Assembly: GCA_964247055.1 (NCBI GenBank)
Contig: OZ176054.1
Location: 8,060,001 to 8,124,000 of the forward strand
Length of the DNA: 64,000 nt
Direction: 5' to 3'
Source: Paragordius varius
Lineage: Eukaryota > Animalia > Nematomorpha
Below, one piece after another: positions 1 through 13,719 of this stretch. The first letter of the stretch is position 1; every line of letters starts with the position of its first letter. Under the pieces are notes generated by a model. The model was not told the DNA's origin and searched no databases. It saw only the letters and a list, made by a program, of their open reading frames with translations. Position numbers and translations under genes: made by a program.

Positions 1-279
1 TATACTATAAAAATATACTCACAAAATCTTAATAAAATTGATATTTTATGAACAATTTTTTAAAAATTCCATCCAATTGGCAAGAATAAGATAAAATTGT
101 TATATTGTTTTTGCATTTTACAGTTTGTTTGAAAACTAATATATCTCTTATAAATGCCCATATATATTCATATGCGGCCACCATTTGTGTCGAACACCTC
201 TGCTTCAAAGCAAGCATATATACAAATTTTCTTTTGTATTTTCATTAAATATAATTTTTTGCCCAATACCGAACAAGCT

Positions 280-619
280 AAACGTTTTTAATATAGCCGA
301 AAATCGGATTTACGTAATAAATGTTAATTAATTATATACATTTTCCCAAAAGGGCGGCGTACAAGAATATAAGGGGGGTGTGAAAATTTTGGAGAATTTA
401 AGTTAAAAAAACAAGAAAAATTGAAGGATTTTTAGTGCGAGTTATTAAGATTGTCACCAATATGGAAAAAATATATCAAAATGCAGATATAAGGATCTCA
501 TTAATTGGGATATTATAATATATTTTACATTTTTATCTTGGATTTTTTTGAGAGGGGAGCGCAAGAATTTTTATTTTCAGTTTGGTGGGGTGTGAACAAA
601 AGTAGGTTGGGAAGCACTG
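280..619 (-). mobile_element. hAT-like element end
   Basis: The reverse complement begins CAGTGCTTCCCAACCT at 619, a typical hAT terminus, with GC-rich subterminal motifs. The adjacent ORF 29-217 may be a decayed transposase piece. Confidence 0.45.
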
Positions 620-879
620 GCTTAAAGTTTTAGGATAATAAATATTGAATTGATAATTATAAAAGAAAAGAGTTATTTTAATTTTCTGCAATAACCAAAA
701 CTAAAGAATCTCATTTTTATAGCACATTTAGGTCGAAGAAAAATTAATATAAATTGGAAAAGATTATATGTTAATAAAATTTACAAAAATAAGGATATAA
801 ACGCTAGCATTGTCGATAAAAATGTAACATTTTTTGAGCCCTATTTTTGTTCGCATAGTGTATGGTTTATACAAAAAAT

Positions 880-1386
880 ATTTTTAAATTTAATCTGCAA
901 CCCATTTAAAGTGGTTTTATATCACAGGCTTTGAAAAAATATTTTAAAAAGGTATAAATATTAAGCCGAATTTTGAAATATGCTTTCTGTCTCAACAGTT
1001 TTAAATGTAAAATTGTAATAAACTTTTTTTTGCCGCCATTTTTTCCTATAATTTTTTATAATGGCTAATGAAACAGGCAAATGTATATTATGGTTTGAAA
1101 ATGTAAAAATTTACTTTAAAAAGCTCAGGCTACATTTTACCAGCAAAAATTTGATATATTTTGATTTTTATATCAACTTTGTGCTTCTGTCCCAATTTTA
1201 GACTCTAGAAGTCACAAAACCATAAAAACATAAGCTTTGTTATTTAATAAGTAAAAACAATGTTTGATAAAATTTTAACTAAAATAACTTTCAAAGCTGT
1301 AGTTATTATTTACAAGAACTCTTGGATATAAAACTACCCCAATACGTAAATTAGGACAAAAAAGTGAAAAGGCAATGAAGTGTTAA
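880..1386 (+). mobile_element. MITE family C (TTAA-CACT ends, piggyBac-like non-autonomous)
   Basis: Ends in AAGTG-TTAA at 1386. It shares its body (GCCGCCATTTTTT, GACTCTAGAAGTCACAAAAC) with the copies at 12933, 21021, 25590 and 52299. Confidence 0.7.
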
Positions 1387-1631
1387 ACATGTTAGTTTCC
1401 TCTTAGAAAATTCAATATTTTTTGTAATTATATTATGTACATGTTTAGGAATCTACAATTACACTTTAAAATGGAACTATATTTCCTACTTATTATAAAT
1501 TTAAAAGTTAGAACAATTAAAGGAATTGTTAATTTATTATTAAAAAGTCATTACTTGAGGGTTCAAATCGACCGACACCTCTCATTTTTTTGTGCATATA
1601 TTTAAATGTTTTCATAAAATAAATTGTATTA

Positions 1632-2199
1632 TTAACACTTCGATTCAAAATTGGGGTATCTAAATTCCCCAGACAATATTTAAGCTGACATTTTTCAAAA
1701 CTATTGAAATAAACGGTTCCAATTTAAATGTATACTATCATTATAAAAATTATATAAATAAGCCAAAATATCTAAATTAAATTTAATTTTTGAAAAAAAG
1801 TTTCGTATCAACCTAATGGGCGCCTATTTTACAATATTTTTGCAAAATACCGTGTTTACCTGATTCTTAACCTAAAATATGGTTCGCCTTTTTATTTAAA
1901 TCATATTAAACATTGATAAAAAATGAAAACGTGGTATATTTTGCTTTATTTTTATATTTAGCTTTTGCACACATATGATTTTAGCTAAGTTTTTACCTTT
2001 GGGTTTTACCACTGAACAAGTAATATCAAGCATTTTGAATGATTTTATTAAAGTTCGGTTTATTGTTATATAAGTGCAAACTTTTGCCATGGTTAAAATT
2101 TATTCCTTATTTTTGAAATATTTAATTTTAAACAAGCCTGGGGGATCTAACTACTCCAAATCGAAGGACTTAAATGACTGTGTTGTATCCAAGTGTTAA
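1632..2199 (+). mobile_element. MITE family B, complete copy (about 560 bp, TTAA target duplication, piggyBac-like)
   Basis: TTAA-CACTTCGATTC...GTATCCAAGTG-TTAA, with subterminal GGGGTATCTAAATACCCC palindromes. Multiple copies occur in the window. Confidence 0.8.
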
Positions 2200-2794
2200 A
2201 CAAAAAAATATATGCCAATTAAGATTTACTTTTAAAAAACTTCCGTGACAGATTGTCCGTATTGGAGCAGGTTGAATAAACATCGACAAAATATTCCTTA
2301 TTCTCCAATAAATATAGTTCATTCTAAAATTTAAAATAAATATCTTACTATGGGGATATTGGGATATCCCTGACTTATGAATGTAGAGTTTATTTTACCA
2401 TATTCATATAAATTGTAATAAAAATTGCTGTATGGACATTTTCTTGGCTGAGTTGGCATAACATATATTAGATTTTTATATCTTTTCAAATCAATTTGTC
2501 TAGGGGCAAAAGGTGCCGTTTCTAAATGTTTACAAAAAGTTATAATTATAAATCAGAAAGGTATTAATGCATAAGATTATAGATAATAATGTCACTTAGG
2601 AATATCTTATATTTAATATTTTAGTAACTTACTATCCAATTAATGTATATATTTATATATATATATATTGTTTTTATATATCAAAAAACATATAATTGGA
2701 ATAATTATATAATACAACTTGTTTAGTAAATTAGAAAAATATATTAAAGAAGTGTTGATGTAAATGGTTTTTACATTGAATATATGAAATCTAA

Positions 2795-3392
2795 TATACC
2801 ATTTACACCTCGAATTCAGCCTCGAACAATTCGAATCCTAAAAATAAATTATATACCATTTACAATTCAAATTCACCCTTAAACAATTCAAATTCACCCT
2901 TAAACAATTCAAATTCACCCTTGAACAATGCAAATTCACCCTCGAACAATTCAAATTCACCCTCAAATAAATAACATGTTTTTTAAGATTAAAAATTACC
3001 TATAAATATATTTTTAAAAAATATAATTTTGTTATAAATTAAAATAATACTGAAAAAAATAATTAATTATGCCATAAAGATATATTTTATATTAATAATG
3101 AGTTATATTATTTCGAAAACATATAATTTATTTTCAGGGTGAATTTGAATTGTCCGAGGGTGAATTTGAATTGTTCAAGGGTGAATTTGAACTGTAAACG
3201 GTATATGTTTTCCAGTTAATATTACTATCATTATTCCTTTATGGCATATTTTACATTTTATCAGTTTTATGTTATTTTTAAACGAAATTTATTTTTAATA
3301 TATATAAAAATATAGGTAATTTTTAATATTCCACAAATTATTTTAGAGTGAATTTGAATTGTTTAAGGGGGAATTTGTGGCATAAATGGTAT
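2795..3392. mobile_element. Foldback-like element with 21-bp tandem modules
   Basis: Tandem AAACAATTCAAATTCACCCTT units at about 2862-2965 are mirrored by AGGGTGAATTTGAATTGT units at 3137-3200 and 3345-3375. The termini are TATACCATTTA...TAAATGGTATA. Confidence 0.7.
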
Positions 3393-3394
3393 AT

Positions 3395-4560
3395 ACCGTG
3401 TGCAAAAGCTGACCAGCATATTCATTTGCCGCAAAATTTTTTATTTGTTGACAACTAGTTTTTGAAATATTGAGAGAAAATCGAAATCAAAAAGTGAAAA
3501 TTAAGGATAATTCAAAAAATAATGATAAAATTTGAGATACTATGGTTTATTATTATTTTAGTATATATTTTCAATATATAAATAGGCTAAAATTATATAG
3601 TTAGGGTTCCTATAAATTTCAGCTCAAAAGATGGCGTTTTTCTTTTAACACACCCAAAAGACAATATTTTTTAATGAAACTATATTAAAATAATTTTTTT
3701 TGTTCATTTACTACCTAACAATATTAAAATCTTAATATTTATATTTTATTCAGTAAAAAAACTTATATATCAAAATAAAACCAAAAACTATTGTTTTTTA
3801 TTTTTGCATTTTTTGTCATCTGGTTTATGAGTGTATAAAAAATTTAAACTGTTTTATCTTAGAACCGTACATCAGTGGAAATTATTAAAAAGGATTTAAA
3901 ATTAGTGGTTCACTCAACAATCCTTACAGATCCCTGTAACAAATCTGTTTTATGACAAATTTATATTTTTATTGGGATTTGTACGGATTGTTGGTTGATA
4001 TCCACTACTTTTAAATATTATATTGCATAAATTACATAATAAATAATTCCCGCTCATGTAAGATTCCAAAATAAAACAGTATAAATTTTTTATACAATCA
4101 TAAACCCGATGACAAAAATGTAAAAATAAAAATGGTTTTATTTTGATATATAAGTTTTTTTACTCAATAAAATATAAATGTTAAGATTTTAATAGTGAGT
4201 TTAGCTAGTAAATAATTAAAAAAATTATTTTAATATAGTTCTATAAATTTTTTTTGTCTTGTGAGTGTGTTAAAAGAATAACGCCATCTTTTGAGCTGAA
4301 ATTTATAGGAACCCTTACTATATGATTTTAAGCTATTTATATTTTAAAAATATATCCTAAAATGATAATAAACCATAATATCTCATATCAATTATCCTTA
4401 ATTTTCACTTTTTGCCCGATTTCGATTTTCTCGCAATATTTTAAATACTAGGTTGTCAACAAATGATAATTTTTAAGGCAAATGAATTCGCTGGTCATAA
4501 GCTATCTAATGAAAAAAAAATTTGTTATAAAAAATTAACACTCTTTTTGCACACAGTGTA
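3395..4560. mobile_element. MITE family A: about 1.15-kb near-perfect palindromic element, TA-flanked
   Basis: Termini are ACCGTGTGCAAAA...TTTTTGCACACAGTGTA. Arms of about 520 bp (3420-3930 and 3980-4500) are reverse complements around a short loop. Confidence 0.85.
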
Positions 4561-7500
4561 TATATATTAATTTAACAGGTTCACTGAGGCTGTGTTGATA
4601 AATTCCAGTTAATATTAATTTTACGTTTAGTCATTCTTAGACATCAGATATTTTTATTACTACGTCAATATTGTTAGAATCTAGTCGCTTAAGCGACTCT
4701 TAGCTTTCTCGTAGATTAGTGTTTTTAATTTTGAACTACCGACCACGAGAAATAATGGGAAGTATGAGGTTGGTAAGTAATTTAGATTAATTACCCGACG
4801 GGTTTAGGGCTGCGGGTTCCCGCAACCTCTTTTAACGAATCGAATCCTAAAATTACATAAATAAATTATTGTAAGTTATCAAATAGAAATATGGAAATTC
4901 GGAGAGGGTAGTTGAAATCTATGCTCTCCAGAAAATTACCAAGAGTTTTCAAAAACACAACATTTGGAATTTGTTTATCCAGGATACATCAATTCATAAA
5001 TCGGATCAATAAATAACAACAGGATAAACCATTGCTTTTAGGGTTAGTGTATAAATACTTTGATAATCGAATTATTTTAATAGTTTTTTCTATTTGGCCA
5101 TAGTTAAGCGCCCTAAATAGGCGCGCGCGGAAGTCAAATCCCGAGTATTGGTTTATAGACACAATTCGGGATATATTAATGATCAAGGGTGACTGGGGAG
5201 CAATTATAATTACTATATTGCATTTAGATTGATTTAACTTTAAACACAATAATTTTTTATCATAAAATACCTAAGATAATCAAAATCAACAACTGAATCA
5301 ATTAACAGCCAAAAGCCGCATAGGTTTTTTTTATCCCGAGGACCTAACCAGATATCAATAACTATCACATAGCTGTTATAATATATATGAGAATAATGCA
5401 TGTTCTCTTTCCTATTTTATTTTCACCATAAAGCTTTAATATATGTAGGGGAAAAATTATAATACCTCGACTAGCAGTATAGTTTGTGTTTGATTGAAAT
5501 GTAGAAATATTCAACATAAATATGTTCTATATTTAAATTACAGCATAATATCGGTGATCGGTAAGTTAGCAACTTTAGCCTTTCAATGTTGTTTATAACC
5601 TATGTTTTTGTATGGAAAACTCAATTGTAAAGTTCACTGAATCCCATTCTATCCTATATAAAATTATTGTTAGTTAAATCGTATATCTTAATAGTTCATG
5701 GCCTCAGTATTCGATTTATGCGATGAATTAAGTCACCCTTTTTTCTAAATAGAAAAAACTGGAAATGGCTTTGAATATATAGAGAACATAAAGTAAAATT
5801 TGCCAAAATTATGATTTAATTAAGTTGAACATTTATATATAAAATAAAATGAACTCTTCAAAATTACAGTGAAAGTACAAATTTATATCTGAAAAATTCG
5901 CTAGTTTATTTGTGCGAACCATTTATCTTTCCCATAAAATAATACAACATTAGAGGAATGCGGCCCATGGACTGCAGTTTAAGTACCGAATCTCAATTCT
6001 CTCAACAGTTATTAAACCTAGGAATCATTTAGGGTAGTTTGATTCAGAGGGTAAACAGAAATCCTCAAATTATTAATTTTCCTGATCGAAAAATGAGTAT
6101 ATTAGAACAGGTATGGGTGCATTATATTTAATCTGTTCCCTTATTTTGCAATTTAAGGACATAATATATAAACGATATTTATATTTTAAAGGTTTGATTG
6201 ATTGAAAATAGGTTAAATGATTTATTTACATATATGTGACACTATCAAGATAAATTCAAATCTATGTTAAAATGTAGTTCAAATATTAATATATATTTTT
6301 TAAATACCTAAAAACCCAATACAAATAATTAAATTTATTGGGTTAGGCATAACAACACATATATTTTGCATAGCCAATGATCACTAATTTTGACCATTAA
6401 CTAAATTCACCGGTTATTTTTGACCAAACCCAACGCTATTTGTAATAATGCCCAAATAAATTAATTTTTAAACAATAAACAGCTAAAGTTAGGTTTAGGT
6501 TGTAAATAGAAGTTTTTCTTGTTTTTCCCTTAAAAGGCGTAATGTGTATTCAAGTAAGAAAAAATTATTCTTGTTCACAAACATATAATTTTATTTAAAG
6601 CACGATATGCTTAGCCAATATATTTCTGTTTACTGTTATATCTATAATACTAGCTTAAAAATACATTTTAAAATGAGCATCGCATATATATTTATATCAA
6701 AACTTCAAATATTTAAGTACTGAACTCTTATTTTTAATAAAGCAAACCTTGTAATAAAATTTTTATATATCTATGAACACCATATCAATTAATTTTCTTA
6801 AACAAATTCGAAAACTAAACAGCTTAAACAATAAAGCTATTATTATAAAATAAATATCATTTTTTTTAAATAAGTATAAAGGTATATTAAAAGTTAAATC
6901 TCACCATAAATTGATCGGGATACAGCTGAATACAATAATTGGATTATTATTAAAAAAAGCAATATGACCTCTGCCATGTATACTACGTTTACGCTAAAAA
7001 TTTGTGATATCAAAAAAGCCAAAAAAATTGTTATCTAAATATTTTACACCTATATTTATTTAATTAGCTATCATTTGAAAAACATATAAGAGAGCTATAT
7101 TTATTTACACAACTTTTTCGAATAATTTTTTGATTTTTTGAAAAAAGCATATACCTGATTTTATTTGTATATACATTATATCATTAGCGAAGTGTTTATT
7201 GTTTATATTTGTCTTTACCTTTGTATTATTTCGGCAAAAATTCAAATTTCTTTACAGAGATGTAATGTCAGCGCAAAAATTTTATGTTAATTCATTTAAA
7301 TTTGTTAATTTTTTTATTATTTAACAAAAAGGGCATATATTAAAAGATATATATTACAACTAACTATATTTATAAATAAACGAACGACAAATTGGACATG
7401 CCAGGGAAGTCCAAAACAAGCATTCAAATATTAAGGACAACATAAAGTTTAATTAAAATACAATCATGAGTAATTCTAAACAAACAAACGAGGAATTTAA

Positions 7501-8280
7501 TTTATTTTACCACGTTTGACAGTTTTCGTTATTTATTTAAACAAATATAATCAATCCTATTTAAATTGTAGTCTTTTTGAATCAAATAAATGTATTTATT
7601 TCCAACACTTGTTTGTAATCACATAACAGTTTTCAGTTATGGATCTCTAAACAAAAATATTAAGCAAAGTTTGTCAATCATTTTTTAAAAATCCATTTAT
7701 AAAGTGTAGATCAAGGATGCGGCCAAAATATTTAGGGCCCGCGAAAAATTAAAAAAAATAAATATAATATTTGATTATTTAAGTAAAAACAATACAAATA
7801 CTTGAAATCGAATCGCTTACAAACGATTTTAAATATAGAGGTCACTTCGATTCAGAGAATTTATTGGAATGATGAAAGATTAATATTATTTTAATTTGTT
7901 ATAATATTTAAGTTGATATCTTTTTTATTGAATTTTTATGTGAGAAATATATAATCGGAAAAAATTTAGTATCACTTAGCACATACAGGCTGTTAATTAA
8001 AATCATATTTAGCAGACAGCTAACTTTTTTAAAAAAATCGTATATTAATTTTTGGAACATATTTATATGATTGAATTTAGTCGATATAAAAAAGTGAGTT
8101 GTTAGAATCAAGATTCATAAAAAATATTGTAGTGTAATGCTATAAGGTTATTGAGGATAAAAATATATTAGTTTTTAAAAACAATGCAAACCGGGGGACG
8201 CGCCTGCCTTGGGCGTTAAATATTTATTTATGATATAAAAAAAAGTGTTTTGTTTTCTCGATTAATAAAAGCGGAATTTA

Positions 8281-8316
<36 letters not shown>

Positions 8317-8618
8317 TTGTTTACATAGCAAATCGATGAAATCCAATATTTTATTAGTAGTTTGAATTATAGAGATTGGATAAAAAAACCGTTGTGCGCC
8401 TAATTTTAGTTTAGATATAGGTAAAATAAATAAATTTTACAAGGAGAGGCGTTTTAAAAATTGGGAACGACTGATAAAAAGCCTTAGTTTTAAACACACT
8501 TTTTCATTTTTGGAGATGAGTTATAATTCATTTTGATTTATGATCGAGGGAGAGAGAAAATATCAATACTTTTCGTTAAAAAATACTAAAATCCCGAATA
8601 TATTATTACAGTTAAAAT

Positions 8619-11592
8619 ATACACCGTGCAAAAAATTTTTTTTATGAGATAGCTTATGACCAGCGTATTCATTTGTAGCAAAAATTATTATTTGTTGACA
8701 ACCTAGTTTTTGGAATATTGAGAGAAAATCGAACTCGGGCAAAAAATAAAAATTAAGGGTATAATTCAAAAAATAATGATGAAAGTTAAGATATTATGGT
8801 TGCTTATCATCTTAGGAAATATTTTCTATATATAAATAGCCTAAAATCATATAGTTAGTGTTTCTATAAAATTTTAGCTCAAAAGATGGCGTTTTTCTTT
8901 TAACACACTCACAAGACAAATTTTTTTTTATAAATCTATATTAATAAATTTTTTAAATAATTTATTAGCTAAACTCACTATTAAAATCTTAACATCCATA
9001 TTTTATTCAGTAAAAAAACTGAAATATCAAATTAAGCCAAAAAATATTGTTTTTTATTCTTTAGTCATCTGGTTTGTGAGTGTACTAAAAATTTATACTG
9101 TTTTATTTTGTAATCTTCCATGAGTGGGAAATATTTAGTATATATTTTATGCAAAATAGAATATTAAAGTAGTGGAATTTCAACCAACAATCCTTACAAA
9201 TTCCTGTAACAAGTCTGTTTTATGACAAATATATATTATTAATGGGATTTGTACGGATTGTTGGTTAATTTTAACTACTTTTTAATCCTATTTTGAACTC
9301 ATAAATTCCAAAATAAAACAGTAAAAAATTTTTATACACTCATAAACCGGATGACAAATAAATGCAAAAATAAAAAACAATATTTTTGGTGTTATTTTGA
9401 TATATAAGTTTATTTTTACAGAATAAATATGAATGCTAAAAATTATAATAGTGAGTTAAGTAGTAAATAATTAAAAAAAATTATTTTAATATAGTTTCAT
9501 TAAAAATATTTTGGATTTTATATGTGATAAAGAAAATCGCCATTTTTTTAGCTGAAATTTTATAGAAACCCTAACTATATGATTTTAAGCTATTTATATG
9601 AAAATATGGGCCTGCTGAATAAAAGCTAGTATATACTAAAAACTAGGTTTTTTCCAGTATATACTAGCTATGTATTGAATAAAAAAATATATTGCTTTTA
9701 CTATCCAGTACGTACTATGTTTACCAGTATTTACTGACAAATATCATTGAATAAAAATTGTCTTTTTACAAATTTTACCTAGTACTTACTGGTTTTTTTT
9801 AAGCTGGTAAATGGCAACATTTTAAACTATTATTTTTTCACCTAAAAAAATATCGGTTATATATTTATAATTCTAAGATAAATGTTTTTTTAAATTACAT
9901 GATTCATATATATATATATATATATAAACTTATTAATATATTAATTAAATATTATTTGTTTTTTTATTAATAATAATTTTTTTCCTTCTCTATTTTAAGC
10001 TTTGGGAGTTCAATTTGCAGAGATTAATACTTTTGTTAAAAAATATTGGTTTTTTTTCAAGAATGTCCACAATCATATCATTTTCTTCGATTATTTCATT
10101 TTTGTGTAAAATATTTGAGTTTATATACTTTATAATGACCTTAATTTTATTTTATAAACATTTAAATATTATATATTTGAGTGAAAATGAAGCTATTTTC
10201 TATATAAAAAACCACCGATTTATTTAAATTCGAGTTATGACTAAGATAAAATGACCTTTCCATATTTTGGTTAAAAATTAAATACTTTAAGGAAACTAAT
10301 TCCCAGGATGCAAATGGAGGTATTTATAATATCATAAATCTAGATTTTGTGTTAAGATTTCTTGGAGATCCGGGATATCAAGCGGTTATAGGACATGATT
10401 TTAATGTTCATAGTTCCACTATGGCTATCCAAATATAAAATGCCAACTGCTATTGGTTGCATTGATTGTTCATACTTTGAAATATTAAGACCTAAAGAAA
10501 ATGTTGCGGCCTATACAAATCGAAAGGGTCGATCGATGTACCCTCAATGTACAATTCACATGTAATGCCAATGAAGAAATTACATCCCTGGATGCACAAT
10601 GGCCATGTACATGATTCAAGGATATGGCGAAACACGATTGTTCAGTCATATATGTGCAAACAAAATGATTTCTGTTTGTTAGGTGATAATGGATATCCAC
10701 TATCACCCAGGCTCCTATCCCCCTTCAAAAATACGAATATCGACAACGAGAAAAAATTCAATAAATTAGATTGTTCTGAAAGAAGCATTATCGAGCGCGG
10801 GTTTTCGGTCGAATGAAGACCCGATTTCCTATACTTGGTAACGAAATTCGTTTAAGTCCAGAACGAATCACAAAACTTATATTAAGTTCCATATTACATA
10901 ATGTATCCTAATATATTAACGAACTCTTAATAGATTTTGATAGTAATTCATATTTTGATATTGAATATGTGGATGATTGTGAAGCAAATTTTGATCTAAC
11001 CCAAATACTCAAGGCTGGCAAAATGAAACGAGATTCAATTGTTCAAACATTATTTTGATTTATTTTTTGTGTATTTATGAATAAATGTGTATTAATAAAT
11101 GCATTATTTAAAAATATGGGTAGATAATCGATATTTATTTTCCAAAAGTTAGACTTTCTAATTTTCTTTATGAATTTTTCATACGCTTTTTATGAATGAA
11201 ATCGAAAACTAACAAAAAACAAAATGAAAATAAACATTTTACACATACTAAAGACTTAAGTACGTACATGATAGTAAGTACCTATTTTTATTCAATGTTT
11301 TTTCAAAAACTGGTACATACTATCAAGCACCTACTACCCAGTAGGTGCTTGTTTTTATTCAGCAGGCCCTATATCCTAAAAAGATAATAAACCATAATAT
11401 CTCAACTTTAATATTATTTTTTGAATTATCCTTAATTATCCTTAATTCTTACTTTTTGCCCAAGTTCGATTTTCTCTCAATATTTCAAAAACTAGGTTGT
11501 CAATGCGGCATATGAATTCGCTGGTCATAAGCTATCTCATGAAAAAAAATTTTTTTTGTTAAAATAAATTAACGCTCTTTTTTGCACACAGT
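8619..11592. mobile_element. Second family A palindromic MITE, interrupted by a Harbinger element
   Basis: It has the same termini and arms as 3395-4560. The right arm is split at 9607/11370. Confidence 0.85.
9608..11369 (+). mobile_element. PIF/Harbinger DNA transposon, decayed (1762 bp)
   Basis: TIRs GGGCCTGCTGAATAAAA at both ends, with a 3-bp duplication TAT. The frameshifted DDE_Tnp_4 transposase at about 10230-11060 has AIGCIDC, YTNRKG, HVHDSRIW, LLGDNGYPL and IIERGF. Confidence 0.9.
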
Positions 11593-11621
11593 ATATATAT
11601 ATATATATATATGATAGAAAA

Positions 11622-12757
11622 TGTATCAAGGATTATCATAGTGCTTTTGGTGCCCTTAGGATTGATATAAGAAAGTTATTATCACTTTTTAAATAACTGC
11701 TCCATATCAGAAAATGGCAAAATTTGCACACATTAAAAATTTTGGTGAATGATAAATGCTTTATTTAAAACATAACACTAAAATATATAATAAACTACAT
11801 AAAATAAGCAAAACAACATTGTTTAATTTTTTTAATTTTTAAAGTGGGCTTTTAAATCTTAAAAAAGAGATTGAGCGGTAATTAAAACATCACTAAAATA
11901 TATAATAAACTACATAAAATAAGCAGAACAATATTGTTTAATTTTTTTAATTTCTTTAAAAATCCCAAATTTTCGCTCGCCTAAAATCATTTAATTATTT
12001 TAAAAATGAGATTGAGCGGTAAAAATTAAAAAATTCTAAATTTTGATATCAATTAAAAATATAATGCATACTTTTTTTAATAATCAATTTTATCAAAATT
12101 TTGTTAAAACGTACACCTTTTTGTATGATGAAAACGATATAAAAAAGCTCGAAGATAAATATAAATTATATACTTTTTTCACAATTCGATAATGGTGAAC
12201 ATTTCTATCGCTTAATTTTAAGCTTTGTTTGCTTTCAATTTTTGGTGAATTTGATATGAAGACTAACTTGTATTTAATAAATATTCTGGAATAGTAATAT
12301 TCAGCATCATCGAATTATATAAAAAATATAATATACACTGTTTCTATCATACCTCAAAATAGTACACGTTTCAACAAAATTTTGGTAGGAATTAAATTTT
12401 TAAAAGTATGTATTTTTATAATATTTTTAGTTTATATCAAAATTTGGTAAATATTTTAATTTTTACCGTGCCATCTCAGTTTTGTGTTTTTAAGGGAACT
12501 AGCCCATTTTAAAAGGTTTGAAGCCCCCATCTAAAAATTATTTTTTTTTAAAAAATATTTATTGCTTTTTTATATGTATTTTATCATAACATTTAGTTAT
12601 TATTTGGAATGAAGCATGTAGATTACACAAAAAAAATTATTTAAAAACATGTGCGAAATGTCATTTTTTGATATGGAGTAGTTACCACAAAGTGTAAATT
12701 AGTTAATTATATCACTCTTAAGGGTCGAAACCAAAAGCACCATGATCCTGATACACA
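11622..12757. mobile_element. MITE family D, palindromic copy
   Basis: TIR GTATCA(A)GGATTATCATAGTGCTTTTGG ... CCAAAAGCACCATGATCCTGATAC. Fragments recur at about 35020-35330, 38450-38680, 39120-39300, 39780-39920, 40320-40450 and 53600-53830. Confidence 0.75.
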
Positions 12758-12932
12758 ATATATATATAATTTCATCAGGATAATAACCCTCGATATGCAG
12801 TGTTATATTGTTGAAGCATTGTATCTAAAAAATTGACCCCTGAACCATATAATAATTTTACTTTTTTATCCTTATTAAACTAATGAATTCTAAATATTTA
12901 ATATTGAAATTAAAACACGGGCCTTTACTTTT

Positions 12933-13456
12933 ACTAACACTTCCTGACCTTTCTTTTGTCCTGATTTACATATAAAGGTAGAGCTTAATTTGGTAAATTA
13001 CTGTTTTTAAATTATGTTATTTAAAATTAAATTACCAAACGTTGTTATCATGTATTAGAAAAAAAGCTATTTTTTTACAGTTTTGTGACTTCTAGAGTAA
13101 AATGGGACGGCTCCAAAACGAGATTGAAACAAATAGCTGATACAAAAAACAATATATATATATATCAAATTTTTGCTAGTAAGATGCAGTCTAAAAATTT
13201 TTAAAGTTAATTATTAACATTGCCATAATTTACATTTATTTGCCTGTTTCATTAGCGATTTAAGAAAAATTATAGAAAAAAATGGCGGAAAAAAAGTTTA
13301 TAAGGTTTTTTTACAATTTTTCATTTTTTTTAAAAAAATTGTTAAAAGACTAAAGAAAGCATATTTTTATATTCGCCTTCATACTTTAAACACTTCTTAT
13401 TCAAAATTTAAATCGCTCTGGGATATAAACTATTACCAAAGGTAATGGAGTGTTAA
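12933..13456 (-). mobile_element. MITE family C copy
   Basis: Reverse-oriented homolog of 52299-52843, ending GGAGTG-TTAA. Confidence 0.75.
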
Positions 13457-13719
13457 AAAATTAATTTGCAACTTTTAGTTATTTCTATTCAAAAACGAAT
13501 CGTTTAAAACCTACTTATATGCGGCCATGACTCCTATTTTTTCAGATTTTGATAGCTAATGTTTTTCACCATTCAGAATAAATAAATCAAAGGCTTTAAA
13601 CCTAAATATAATGTAGAAAACACAATAAGCTGGTTTTATTATTTAGACGATATTGAAAGACAGAATATTTAAATAAAAAAACAAAAATAAATGGTTTATG
13701 GGCCGTCATTCACCCAGTC

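Noticed and set aside
2862-2965. Short direct repeats resembling a CRISPR array
   Set aside because: The units are head-to-tail with no unique spacers, the context is eukaryotic, and they are part of a foldback element.
4775-4800. ATTAATTACCCG resembling a nematode SL1 leader
   Set aside because: Only about 10 nt match, with no adjacent donor or Sm site in the right arrangement.
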